Below the pieces are notes generated by a model, which was given only the letters and a program-made list of their open reading frames with translations, was not told the origin of the DNA and made no database searches. From Candidatus Bathyarchaeota archaeon (GTDB lineage Archaea; Thermoproteota; Bathyarchaeia; Bathyarchaeales; Bathycorpusculaceae): a DNA stretch of 64,000 nucleotides. Location of the stretch: NCBI GenBank assembly GCA_963777155.1, contig CAVZPM010000038.1, positions 64,001 through 128,000 of the forward strand. Direction: 5' to 3'. Every line of letters begins with the position of its first letter. Position 1 is the stretch's first letter. Positions 30,620-40,322 of the stretch are shown in pieces. The position numbers were made by a program, and so were the translations under genes.

Positions 30620-31435
30620 ATGAAAATTTGGAAAATATTAACAGTCTCGATTGCCGCTTTCGCGGTAGTCGCAGCCCTCTTAGCTTCAACAGTCTATGCC
30701 ATGGGTCCATTTGGTGTTAACGCCTACGGTGGATACGGTGGCATGATGGGCGGGCGCGGAATGATGGGAGGCGGATACGGGTATGGTTACCCAACCCAAA
30801 CCACACCAAACGGCCAATACTACCAACCCGTTTACCCGTCTATGTTCGGAGGCATGATGGGCGGATTCGGCCACGGCTTTGGTGGAATGATGAGAAGCTA
30901 CGGATATTCAGCGCCATATGCTTACACTGGAACGCCGCTGACAATAACTCAAGTCCAAACCATCGCTCAGAACTATGTCGCTTCAACCGGTAATCCGGAC
31001 CTAGTGGTAAAACAGATCGAAGAATACTCAGCCAACTTCTATATCCAAGTTAACGAGAAAAGCACCGGCAACGGAGCCTTCGAACTCTTAATCAACAAAT
31101 ATACCGGTAGCATTTACCCAGAGATGGGACCCAACATGATGTGGAACACCAAGTACGGCATGATGCGAAGCGGTGCTCTTGGCGGAATCTACGGAACCCC
31201 AACAACAACCCTGCCAGTCAATTTAGCCCAAGCAACAACTGACGCACAGCAGTACCTAACAAGCTACGTGCCTGGAACAACAACAGGAGACGTCACAACC
31301 TTCTACGGGTATTATACCATAGAAGTCCTCAACGGAACAACCACATATGGCATGCTAAGCGTCAATGGTTACACAGGACAAGTTTGGTACCACACTTGGC
31401 ACGGAACCTTCAAGCAAGAACTACAAGTTAGTTAA
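30620..31435 (+). CDS. secreted Met/Gly-rich protein with PepSY-like domains
   Basis: Signal peptide (..STVYA), four GMM(G) units, GPNMMWNTKYGMM, C-terminal WYHTWHG. Confidence 0.8.
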   Translation: MKIWKILTVSIAAFAVVAALLASTVYAMGPFGVNAYGGYGGMMGGRGMMGGGYGYGYPTQTTPNGQYYQPVYPSMFGGMMGGFGHGFGGMMRSYGYSAPYAYTGTPLTITQVQTIAQNYVASTGNPDLVVKQIEEYSANFYIQVNEKSTGNGAFELLINKYTGSIYPEMGPNMMWNTKYGMMRSGALGGIYGTPTTTLPVNLAQATTDAQQYLTSYVPGTTTGDVTTFYGYYTIEVLNGTTTYGMLSVNGYTGQVWYHTWHGTFKQELQVS

Positions 31436-31450
31436 TTGGTTCCACTAACC

Positions 31451-31474
31451 TTCAGTTTTTCTTTAGTTTTTTGT
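31451..31474 (+). terminator. oligo-T archaeal terminator candidate
   Basis: T-tract run (TTTTTCTTTAGTTTTTTG) directly after the 31435 stop. Confidence 0.4.
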
Positions 31475-31502
31475 CTTAATGTAAAGCATAAATGGGTGAG
31501 AG

Positions 31503-31526
31503 AATGTTAGAATATTCGAATAAGAG
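31503..31526. promoter_or_regulatory. candidate ArsR autoregulatory operator
   Basis: AATGTTAG-AATATTCG-AATAAG immediately upstream of the arsR ATG (31534). Confidence 0.45.
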
Positions 31527-31533
31527 GCAAAAT

Positions 31534-31884
31534 ATGTCTAATCCAGAATTCGATCTAACCATATACCAGCTGCAGGCGGAAATTTCCAAAACCTTAGCCC
31601 ACCCCCTGCGACTGGCGATCCTGCATAACCTAAAAGGCGGAGAAAAAACAGTCAACCAACTAACCCAAACCATCGGCGCAAGCCAATCCAACATATCCCA
31701 GCACCTAGCGATTCTACGGCAACGACAAATCGTCAAAACACGAAAAGATGGAACAAACATCTACTATCGCGTGGCAAGCCCCAAAATCAGCCAAGCCTGC
31801 GATATGGTGCGCGAAGTGCTCATAGAGCAACTTAACCAAAAACATGAATTAGCAAAAAACTATGCACAGGGAGTTGAGTTTTAG
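31534..31884 (+). CDS. ArsR/SmtB family regulator
   Basis: LAHPLRLAIL, GEKTV, SQSNISQHLAILR, RKDGTNIYY; single Cys in the last helix. Confidence 0.92.
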   Translation: MSNPEFDLTIYQLQAEISKTLAHPLRLAILHNLKGGEKTVNQLTQTIGASQSNISQHLAILRQRQIVKTRKDGTNIYYRVASPKISQACDMVREVLIEQLNQKHELAKNYAQGVEF

Positions 31885-32040
31885 ATGTGTGGTTGTGGAT
31901 GCGGCTGTGGTTCGGATTCCAGCTACGAACGAACAGAAACAGCTCCAGAAGTTGAGATGAATCCCTGCAAGTACTGTGGGGCACTCTTCCAACAAACCGC
32001 TACGTTTTGCCCAAATTGCGGAGCCAAACGAACAGTATAA
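31885..32040 (+). CDS. 51-aa Cys-rich microprotein (CGCGCGCG + zinc ribbon; not in ORF track)
   Basis: MCGCGCGCGSDSSYERTETAPEVEMNPCKYCGALFQQTATFCPNCGAKRTV; ATG directly follows the arsR TAG. Confidence 0.75.
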   Translation: MCGCGCGCGSDSSYERTETAPEVEMNPCKYCGALFQQTATFCPNCGAKRTV

Positions 32041-32140
32041 CACAAATTAGAAAACCCTAAAGACCACTTAGATTCAAAATTGAAGGAGATTCTTAAAAAT
32101 ACCCAATCTTAAAATTTTCTTAACAATCATTCTTTCAGTA

Positions 32141-32806
32141 TTGTTTTTAGCAGTTTTAGTTTTTCCAGTTTTCGCAGTAACATATAGTGCTGGAGTAATG
32201 TCAGGTCAATATGTTAAATACGGCAATTTCGCCGAATTTGGCCCGGGATTTGAAGGGTTAGGCGACCAAGACTCGCTTACCCTACAAGTTACGAATGTTG
32301 CTGGAAGCCAGGTGACGCTGCTTTCAACGGGACAATTCAAGAACGGTTCCGCTGTTCCTGGTAACGGCACAGTTACTGTTTGGGATGTTGCAACTGGAAC
32401 AGAAAATGGGGCACTAAGCACTCAAGGTCCCATAATTGCCGCCAACCTCAATGCGGGCAACCCGATTCCACCCTCAGATACTTACACCGTAAACAGCACA
32501 GAAAGCCGCCAGTACCTGGGTACCACCAGAAATGTCAATATCCTCAGCATCACAATATCTACGCCGGACTACAATTCAAGCTTAACTTACATTTACGATA
32601 AAACCTCAGGAATGCTGCTTGAATCCTCCTCTCAGACGACCGCGCAAGGCGAATCTGGACCAGTCACATCCGAATATTCATACAGCATCACTCAAACAAA
32701 CATTTTTGCACCAGCCCCATCCATACCTGAAACAACATTCACAGTTGCCGCGATAACAGCAGTTATTGTCATCGTTGTATTGGTGTTACTAAGGAAAAGA
32801 ATCTAG
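32141..32806 (+). CDS. secreted/surface protein with C-terminal IPE-TM-basic anchor
   Basis: Signal-like N-terminus (true start may be upstream), Thr/Ser-rich, many NxS/T sequons, SIPE + TM + RKR tail. Confidence 0.72.
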   Translation: MFLAVLVFPVFAVTYSAGVMSGQYVKYGNFAEFGPGFEGLGDQDSLTLQVTNVAGSQVTLLSTGQFKNGSAVPGNGTVTVWDVATGTENGALSTQGPIIAANLNAGNPIPPSDTYTVNSTESRQYLGTTRNVNILSITISTPDYNSSLTYIYDKTSGMLLESSSQTTAQGESGPVTSEYSYSITQTNIFAPAPSIPETTFTVAAITAVIVIVVLVLLRKRI

Positions 32807-32853
32807 CAAACCTCTTAAGATTGTTCCATGCCTATCATTTTTGTGGAATCGTT

Positions 32854-33882
32854 TTGGGCGTAAACTTCAAAGACCTCATACCAAAAACACCCGTGAAACT
32901 TGAAGATTTAGGCGGCAAAATCATAGCCATAGACGCATACAACGCCATCTACCAGTTCCTCAGCATAATTCGCCAACCCGACGGCACGCCTCTAAAAGAC
33001 AGCACTGGCAGAATCACCAGCCACCTAAGTGGGCTCTTTTACCGCACAAGCAACCTAATCGAAATGGGCATCAAACCCATCTATGTCTTTGATGGCGAAT
33101 CCCCAACTTTGAAAGCCGCTGAAATTGAGCGTCGCAGACAAGTAAAAGTTGCAGCAACAATCCACTATGAGAAAGCCGCGGCAAAGGGCGATACAGAAAA
33201 AATGTTCACATACGCTCAAGCATCGACTAGTATGAAAGATTACATGTTGGGTGACAGCCAAAAACTCTTGGAACTCATGGGTTTGCCGTGGGTTCAAGCG
33301 CCGAGCGAGGGTGAAGCTCAAGCAGCATACATGAACAAAAAAGGTGACGCAGACTACTGCGCGAGCCAAGACTACGATAGCCTCCTTTTTGGAGCATGTA
33401 AACTGCTTAGGAACGTGACTATTTCTGGGAGAAGGAGGAGAGGAAGAGTCATGATTGAGGTTGTGCCTGAAGTTGTTGAATTGCCTAAGACGCTTCATGA
33501 ATGTGGTTTAACCCGTGAGCAGTTGATCGATGTTGGTATCTTGATTGGCACTGACTTTAACCCTGATGGTGTAAAAGGGATTGGACCAAAAACCGCTTTA
33601 AAACTCATAAAACAATACGGCACTTTGAAGAATGCAGTGCCGCATTTGGAAAATGTAACTTTCGTTGATAAAATAGAAGAAATACAGCAGATTTTCTTGC
33701 ACCCAAAAGTAACCGACAACTACAAGATAGAATGGAAAGAACCCGATGAGAACGGTTTAATTGATTTCATGTGCCGCGAAAAAGAGTTCGGAGAGGAACG
33801 AATCAAAAAAGCCATAGAAAGGATGACTGCTGGAAGTAAGAAACAGAAGGGGAAAGTTTCGCTGGAAAAATGGTTCAGCTAA
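32854..33882 (+). CDS. fen: flap endonuclease 1
   Basis: MGV start, IDAYN, VFDG, EGEAQ, SQDYD, GTDFN, GIGPK, C-terminal PIP-like SLEKWF. Confidence 0.96.
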   Translation: MGVNFKDLIPKTPVKLEDLGGKIIAIDAYNAIYQFLSIIRQPDGTPLKDSTGRITSHLSGLFYRTSNLIEMGIKPIYVFDGESPTLKAAEIERRRQVKVAATIHYEKAAAKGDTEKMFTYAQASTSMKDYMLGDSQKLLELMGLPWVQAPSEGEAQAAYMNKKGDADYCASQDYDSLLFGACKLLRNVTISGRRRRGRVMIEVVPEVVELPKTLHECGLTREQLIDVGILIGTDFNPDGVKGIGPKTALKLIKQYGTLKNAVPHLENVTFVDKIEEIQQIFLHPKVTDNYKIEWKEPDENGLIDFMCREKEFGEERIKKAIERMTAGSKKQKGKVSLEKWFS

Positions 33883-33892
33883 GAAGATAAGG

Positions 33893-35723
33893 TTACTTTA
33901 CCGTAACCGATTTTGCTAGGTTGCGGGGCATGTCGGGGTTAAATCCTTTCTCCAGAGCTACATAGTACGCCAACAGTTGTAGCGGCACCGCAAAGGGGAT
34001 GGGCGAGAGTATGCTTGGTATGCCTTTTGGTACTTCGATATAATCGTCAGCTAAGGATTTGATTTCTTCATCTCCTTCCTCTATGACGGCGATTATGTTG
34101 GCGCCTCGGGCTTTCATCTCCATGATGTTGCCGATGATGGTTCTATGGGTGTCATCTCTTGGACATATGAATACAACGGGGAAGCCGTCTTCAATTAGGC
34201 TGATTGGGCCGTGTTTGCTTTCGCCTGCAGGGAACGCAATTGATGGGATATAGGCGATTTCCATGAGTTTGAGTCTACCCTCGAAAGCAGTGGCTGTGCT
34301 TATGCCTCTGCCTAAGAAGAAGAACACTTTAGAAGCCGCGTATTTCTTGGCGATTTGCTTTACCTTTTTCTCCTGTGTTCTAACAATCGTTTCGACGTCG
34401 TCTGGCATCTTTTTAAGGTTCTCTTGCAAGCAGTCGATTTCGTCCTGAGAAACCTTGCCGCGTTTCTTGGCAAGTTTGAGCGCAAGTTGAGCTAAAACCG
34501 AAAGTTGAGAAGTAAAAGTCTTGGTAGCTGCAACGCCGATTTCTGGACCTGCCTGTGTGCCGATATAAACTCTGGAAATACGCGTCATAGATGAACCGAT
34601 GACGTTTGTTAGGCTTAGCACGGTTGCTGCCCTTTGCTGGGCACAGCTTACCGCAGCTATGGTGTCTGCGGTTTCGCCTGATTGACTCACAGCTAATAGT
34701 GTGCTGTCGATGTTAACGGATTTGCCACATTGCTCCAAAAACTCTGAGGCATACACGGGGTAGGTGGGCAAGAAACGCCAGTTTAGAGAACATATAGGAA
34801 GCTGCTAGGCAAGCATGGTAACTTGTTCCACATGCAACCAAGAAAACTTCGTTGGCACGGTCAAGGAAAGTAGCAAGCAAATCCAAGTAGTGATCCTGAA
34901 TACGCAAAGTGTTGCGAAGCGTTTCAGGTTGCTCATGAATTTCCTTAATCATAAAATGTGGATATCCCTGCTTAACCGCCATCTCTGCAGTCCACTCTAC
35001 GGTTATTGGTTCGCGCTCAATTGCACTGTTATCTGAAATTCTTCTGATTTCGTAACCATCGGCGGTGAGGATGACGAGTTCGCCGTTGTTTATCATAACG
35101 GCTTTGTTGGTAACCTCTAAAAACGCCGGAATATCAGAGGCGCAAAATACACCTTTGCCGTTGATTCCCAAGACGAGGGGGCTTTCGTTTCGGGCGCAGA
35201 TTATCTTGTCGGGTTCACGTGTAGAAATTATGGCAAATGCGTAGGAGCCTTCTATCCGTTTGAGGCTAGCCAAAACAGCTTGTTGGAGTGTGAGGTTAGG
35301 GCTTTGTTTTAGTGTTTCCTCGATCAGATGGGGCATAACTTCGGTGTCTGTTTTTGAGACGAAGGTGTGACCGAGGTTTTGGAGTTCAGCTTTGAGTTCT
35401 ATGAAGTTTTCGATGATACCATTGTGGACTACGACGATTTCGCCTTTGCAGTCGACGTGGGGGTGAGAGTTAATTTTCAGGGGTGCACCGTGGGTTGCCC
35501 AACGCGTATGGCCGATGCCTATGCTGCCGGGCATATCGTCCAGGTTTACTATTTTGTGTACCTCATCAATTTTTCCCGAGTCTTTTTTGATGAAGATTTT
35601 TCCGTCTGAAATGGTTGCTATTCCAACGGAGTCGTACCCTCGGTATTCGAGCCGTTTTAGGGATGAATGGATTAGGGGTGCAGCGTTTCCTTCTTTTAAG
35701 ATACAGCCAAATATTCCACACAT
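33893..35723 (-). CDS. glmS: glutamine--fructose-6-phosphate transaminase, frameshift near 34770
   Basis: MCGIFG, LEYRGYDS, GHTRWATHG, HNGIIEN; SQSGETADT and PRNLAKSVT in a second frame. Confidence 0.95.
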
Positions 35724-35811
35724 ATCTTTCGTAGCCTTCAATAGATTATTACTGATTTGGAGTATGGATGAACTTAGTTTTGCTAATAAGCATTTTTAAT
35801 ACAAGAGTTTG

Positions 35812-35837
35812 ACTACTATAAAAATTCTTTTAGCAGT
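35812..35837. promoter_or_regulatory. imperfect palindrome in the glmS/regulator intergenic region
   Basis: ACTACTATAAAAATTCTTTTAGCAGT (20/26 self-complementary by eye). Confidence 0.45.
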
Positions 35838-35901
35838 TGTCTGTTTGCCACATGGATAAATGGAAGCAAGAGTTGCGCGTCCAAGCTAAAGTTGTTGGAC
35901 C

Positions 35902-35924
35902 ACTATAAATAAATTTTTTATAGT
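35902..35924. promoter_or_regulatory. perfect 8-bp inverted repeat upstream of the regulator gene
   Basis: ACTATAAA-N7-TTTATAGT. Confidence 0.5.
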
Positions 35925-35952
35925 ACCTACAACCTACACATTAAGACCAACC

Positions 35953-36915
35953 ATGCAGAAAAAACTGCTCATCCAAGAAAACGGCAACACCCAAGAAGCA
36001 AAAGAAATCAGCATTCTAACAGACTCCCAAAAACTAAAGACAATCTTAGGCAGCCTTAGCTGGGAAATCCTTACTCTGCTTTCCAAAAAGGAAATGTATC
36101 CACTAGAAATCGCCAAACAACTCGGCATGCATGAACAAAAAATCTACTACCACATAAGGATACTCGCCAAAGCTGGAGCCATAGCTGTTGTTAGGGAGGA
36201 AAAAAAGAAGGGTGCCACCGCCAAATACTACAAAACCACCTCCCCAGCGTTTGGAATAGAATTCCCTCAAGGTTACAAGCCAATCCAGAACATTTGTACT
36301 CTAAACCTCGATGAACCGCTGCAGAAATTTTTCAAAGAATTCGTCGATAAAGGAGTCTTTGACGGAAAGATAGTTGTTGGCAGTCCTCAACCACATGGAC
36401 CATTCAAAACCAGCGCCCGAGACGGCCATTACGCAGCACACTTGGCACTCTTCCTCGGTCAATTCGCCAAGATGCCCACCGAGTTTGCAGTCAAACTAGA
36501 CGTAGATGTTAAAGTAGAGAAGGAAGAAAAAAACAACCTCATCCTCGTCGGCGGACCAGGCACAAACCTGCTAACACAAGAAGTTAATGACTATTTACCA
36601 ATCAAATTCATAATGCAATCCTCCGGACAAGGGTTCTTGCTCGGTGGCTTATCGTCAGAGAGGACAGCTCAAATCTATACTTCGGATGTTTCAGGAGTTG
36701 TGGCGAAAATTGTGAACCCATGGGATAGTACTAAACGCATTGTGGTTTTGGCTGGCAACAAAGCAGTCGGAACCAAAGCGTGCGTGTTGGCTTTGACTAA
36801 TTTTTGGAAGAAAACGCTTGAAAAATACAAGGGTGAAGACACTTTCGCGGTGGCTATTCATGGGTTTGATTTGGATGGGGATGGCAAAGTAGATTCGATT
36901 GAGGTTAACGAATAA
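35953..36915 (+). CDS. ArsR-like HTH fused to an S-layer-C-terminal-like domain
   Basis: YPLEIAKQLG..EQKIYYHI HTH; NLILVGGPGTN motif; C-terminal DLDGDG. Confidence 0.8.
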   Translation: MQKKLLIQENGNTQEAKEISILTDSQKLKTILGSLSWEILTLLSKKEMYPLEIAKQLGMHEQKIYYHIRILAKAGAIAVVREEKKKGATAKYYKTTSPAFGIEFPQGYKPIQNICTLNLDEPLQKFFKEFVDKGVFDGKIVVGSPQPHGPFKTSARDGHYAAHLALFLGQFAKMPTEFAVKLDVDVKVEKEEKNNLILVGGPGTNLLTQEVNDYLPIKFIMQSSGQGFLLGGLSSERTAQIYTSDVSGVVAKIVNPWDSTKRIVVLAGNKAVGTKACVLALTNFWKKTLEKYKGEDTFAVAIHGFDLDGDGKVDSIEVNE

Positions 36916-37350
36916 TTGAAGCCCAAGCAAACAACGGAAACATTCTATGCATTAGGGCATTCAAATATTCTAGCGATCCACCCCACGACACTGATGTTTA
37001 CAAAAGATATTCATGTTTCGAAGAACGGTGATTGCATAATAGCAATGACAGCTGACAAAGCTGTTGCAGATTTAAGCGTGCAATTCAAGCAGGAATTACG
37101 AAAGCCAAACGCTAAGGTAACCATCACTATCGAAGCAGGTGACTTAAAAGAAGAAATCAGAGCACTTGGCTCCCCTAAGCTTTGTTTATGTCACCAAACT
37201 GACATCGTAATAAGGAAGAGCGATTATATCTGCAACAGAACGTTGGCGATTTGCTCGAACAAATCCTCAATTGATCTGCCAAGAGCGTTCGTGGAGAAAC
37301 TCCAGAACCCCGAACAAAAAATCAAAGTAACCTTAACGGTTGAAGCCTAA
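36916..37350 (+). CDS. DUF371 family protein
   Basis: GHxNIxAxHxTT, GDCII, IVIRKSDY...RT. Confidence 0.88.
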   Translation: MKPKQTTETFYALGHSNILAIHPTTLMFTKDIHVSKNGDCIIAMTADKAVADLSVQFKQELRKPNAKVTITIEAGDLKEEIRALGSPKLCLCHQTDIVIRKSDYICNRTLAICSNKSSIDLPRAFVEKLQNPEQKIKVTLTVEA

Positions 37351-38417
37351 ACTATTTTGGCATCCAAAACAACCTGCGATTCAAAAGGCGCGGTCTCACG
37401 AATGTTTTTGGCGTAAAGATATTTCTCAACCTGTCGCCCGTTCTTCTCCACTAACTCAGAAAAACGCTGCTTCAAGTTTTCTATGGAATCGGGCGCACGA
37501 ACAAACCCATAAAAATGCACTATACCACCCTCCGGTTTAATTGCATTGCAAGCAGCATCTACGAAGTCTATGGCGGTTTCAGGCAAGTTCATTATTACTC
37601 GGTCTGCTTTTCCCTTTAGTTTTGTTCTTGTGATTTCTCGAGCATCGCCGAGGATTGGAAATACGCGGTCTTCAACCTTGTTAACTCGAACGTTCACTTT
37701 CAGTAGTTCAACTGCATCGGGATTTAGGTCAACAGCGTAGACCTTCACGGTTGGATTTCGCTTACCAATCATCACTGAAAAGGGTCCAACTCCAGCGAAC
37801 AAGTCCGCTACTACTTCTTCATCCTGAACCTGTATAGCCACACGTTCATGTTCATGGGATAGCCGTGGGGAAAAGTAGGCTTTCGCTATGTCAACTTGGT
37901 ATTGGCATCCGAATTCGCGGTGGACTGTTTGGGTTTTGTGTTCTCCAGCGATATAGTCGTAGTCGCGGACACGGAAGACGCCACTTATGTCGCTTGCTTT
38001 GGCAAGGACCGTTGTGACGTTTTTTTGGGTTTGCAGGATTGCTTCGGCTATCATGTTTTGGTAGGGTTTGAGTTGGGATGGGATGTCTATTACGACTATG
38101 TCGCCGATTATGTCGAATGCTTGAGGGACGCTGGGAAGCAATTCTTGGGGGAGTTTATCTTCGAGGGCTTGGGTCAGGGTTTCTGGAGGAAGCTCCTTTT
38201 CGCTAAAAACAGCGGTTAACAACGTAAACGTTGGGACCTGAGTTTTAAGCGTCGTTAACTCTATGCCTTGGGGTTCCCTAACAAGTGGAATAAAAAGGAA
38301 TTCTTCTTCGCGCTGAATAACCAATGATTTGTCGGCAAGCCCAAACTTCGTCAGTAATGTAATGGTTTTTTCGCCGCTTGTCTTTGGAACTTTGACGCAT
38401 ACAGATGGTCGAGGCAT
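37347..38417 (-). CDS. trm5: Trm5/Met-10-like tRNA methyltransferase
   Basis: FDIIGDI, YFSPRL, DLFAGVGPF, MNLP. Confidence 0.88.
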   Translation of the reverse strand: MPRPSVCVKVPKTSGEKTITLLTKFGLADKSLVIQREEEFLFIPLVREPQGIELTTLKTQVPTFTLLTAVFSEKELPPETLTQALEDKLPQELLPSVPQAFDIIGDIVVIDIPSQLKPYQNMIAEAILQTQKNVTTVLAKASDISGVFRVRDYDYIAGEHKTQTVHREFGCQYQVDIAKAYFSPRLSHEHERVAIQVQDEEVVADLFAGVGPFSVMIGKRNPTVKVYAVDLNPDAVELLKVNVRVNKVEDRVFPILGDAREITRTKLKGKADRVIMNLPETAIDFVDAACNAIKPEGGIVHFYGFVRAPDSIENLKQRFSELVEKNGRQVEKYLYAKNIRETAPFESQVVLDAKIV

Positions 38418-38422
38418 AATAT

Positions 38423-39457
38423 TCAGCTTTTTTCTATTCTGTAGAGGCTGTTATCTCGTTGGATGGTGAATTTAACGTTTAATATTTTTTCCATAAGCCA
38501 AATGTTTGATTCTATGTGTTCGGAAATGGTTCGGACCATAAAGGATGACTTTCCTTGGGCTAGCGCCAAGTAAGGAATTAGCATATCCGCCAAGAAAATA
38601 TCAACCGTCGGCTTGACTGATAGCTCGGACAGAAGTTTTTGGGCTGCTTCTTTGCCGACGGCCTCAGCCATTTTGCGCAGTTCCCCAATTGAGTCAGAGC
38701 CTACGATTACACCAGTATCGGTTTGTGCCCACAGTACAATTGAGCTACCTTTCTGGATAGGGTTAGATTGATCATTTACGATTTGGATTTTGGGCATGTA
38801 GCCTTGCTGTGAAAGGCAATCGTTTGCTGCTTTCGCCTGTCTCTCCGCCACTTGCCTATCAGCGAGGAAGGTGCAAACAGAAAAACCCTTAATCTCTTCC
38901 AACCTTCCGAAAGATTCGATGCAAAAGGGTTTAAGGTAACGGTTAGGCTTAACGGTTAATGTTGCCTCGCCCATGCCCTTGGGGTAATAACCATACTTCT
39001 GAACAGAAATCTCCGCTTCAACACCCATCAGTTTCAAGGCTGGCAAAAACACGTTTCGGAGGTAGTTGATAGTTGGGGCGTGAATCGTGTCCGTTCCACC
39101 TTTAGCAACATGCACACGCACAGTGTTTTGAGCAAATAGACAAATTGGCAACACTGCAGAAAACAACATGGGAATGCTGCCTGCTGTCTCGATTACTGCC
39201 TCAATGTTTCCGCCTCTAATTTCCTGTGGTTCAAACCAGAGTTCTCTTGAACCTAATGTTGCTCCTCTCATTTTGGCATTGCAGAGTTTCGCTGCGGTCA
39301 AAACCGCTTCTAAATGTTGGTGCTTTAATCCTGGTTGAGGACGATTTTGTCGGATGTTTGTTATATGGAGTGGCTGTTTGGTGATGGCTGCCATGGCTAT
39401 AGATAGGCGAAGGATTGTTCCACTTCCGCTCTTTTGGCTTCCATCGATTTCAATCAT
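38423..39457 (-). CDS. rtcA: RNA 3'-terminal phosphate cyclase
   Basis: IDGS, RPxPGLxxQH, GGTD, GYYPKG, catalytic His in SEHIESN. Confidence 0.9.
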   Translation of the reverse strand: MIEIDGSQKSGSGTILRLSIAMAAITKQPLHITNIRQNRPQPGLKHQHLEAVLTAAKLCNAKMRGATLGSRELWFEPQEIRGGNIEAVIETAGSIPMLFSAVLPICLFAQNTVRVHVAKGGTDTIHAPTINYLRNVFLPALKLMGVEAEISVQKYGYYPKGMGEATLTVKPNRYLKPFCIESFGRLEEIKGFSVCTFLADRQVAERQAKAANDCLSQQGYMPKIQIVNDQSNPIQKGSSIVLWAQTDTGVIVGSDSIGELRKMAEAVGKEAAQKLLSELSVKPTVDIFLADMLIPYLALAQGKSSFMVRTISEHIESNIWLMEKILNVKFTIQRDNSLYRIEKS

Positions 39458-39536
39458 ACAGGTTTTCCACTGTTTATGGCGTTTGCAAATAATTAATAAG
39501 CGTCAGGGGTTATTTAGGAGTTGAGAGGGAGCTTTT

Positions 39537-39971
39537 GTGAGCAGTGACAAGGAAAAACTAAATCAACTGTTGCAAAAAGTCGATGAGATAACGGTTTCTT
39601 TGAACAAGATTTCAGAAGAGTTGCGGTCTGTTTCGGCATCGCTCAAATCCCTTGCGGTTGGCCAAATCACGCAACCAGTAACCAAAGCATATACTGTAAC
39701 GCCGACACCTGCACAGTCTCCAGCATCCGCATCCACAGCATCGTCACCTTCAAAGCTGAGATCGCTAGATGATATCCGCATGTCCTTTCCAGAAGAACTC
39801 GAAGCCCGATTAAGCTTTGAAGAAAAAGGCGACTACATCATAATTAAACCCAAACAGTTCTTGGGATCAGAAAACTTTGCCAAGATTGCTTCAGCAGTAC
39901 GCGGCATGGGTGGCGAATACATTAGCGCTGGGAAAGATTCGCATTTTAGAGTGCCCAAGAAGAAAGCTTAG
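39537..39971 (+). CDS. hypothetical protein (coiled coil, P/S/T linker, small alpha/beta domain)
   Basis: 144 aa with a heptad-rich N-terminus; GAGGGAG SD-like site. Confidence 0.7.
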   Translation: MSSDKEKLNQLLQKVDEITVSLNKISEELRSVSASLKSLAVGQITQPVTKAYTVTPTPAQSPASASTASSPSKLRSLDDIRMSFPEELEARLSFEEKGDYIIIKPKQFLGSENFAKIASAVRGMGGEYISAGKDSHFRVPKKKA

Positions 39972-39976
39972 CGAAA

Positions 39977-40249
39977 TTAAAGCACGGTGAAATTTGAAAA
40001 TTCGGCTTTGAAGGGTCCGTAACTGACTTCCAGATTATTCACTCTTGCAGCAGGAGGACCCTGGCGGCAATAGTTAACGAGCGTTTTCACCGCGTGTTCT
40101 TCACCTTCAAAAACCGCTTCCACCCGCCCATCCATCAGATTTCGCACCCAACCGTTAACGCCTAAGTTTTGTGCCTCAAGCCGAGTGCTCTCTCTAAAAT
40201 AAACGCCTTGAACTCTCCCAGAAACCAACAGGTGTGCTCTAACTTTCAT
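39977..40249 (-). CDS. acyP: acylphosphatase
   Basis: GRVQGVYFR, GWVRNLxDGRVE, GPP. Confidence 0.95.
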   Translation of the reverse strand: MKVRAHLLVSGRVQGVYFRESTRLEAQNLGVNGWVRNLMDGRVEAVFEGEEHAVKTLVNYCRQGPPAARVNNLEVSYGPFKAEFSNFTVL

Positions 40250-40322
40250 ACACATTCTTCGAAGTAAAAAAATAAGATGAGGTTTAAAAATATAATTTTT
40301 ACAAAAAAGAAAAAAGTGTTGT

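Noticed and set aside
30740-30864. Direct repeat GGCATGATGGGCGG (30740 and 30851)
   Set aside because: Encodes the GMMG peptide repeat; not a CRISPR repeat or target-site duplication
12854-35723. Programmed ribosomal frameshifting in rdgB, nadC, psmB, pth2 and glmS
   Set aside because: No shared slippery site or stimulatory structure seen; the spread across unrelated genes fits sequencing error
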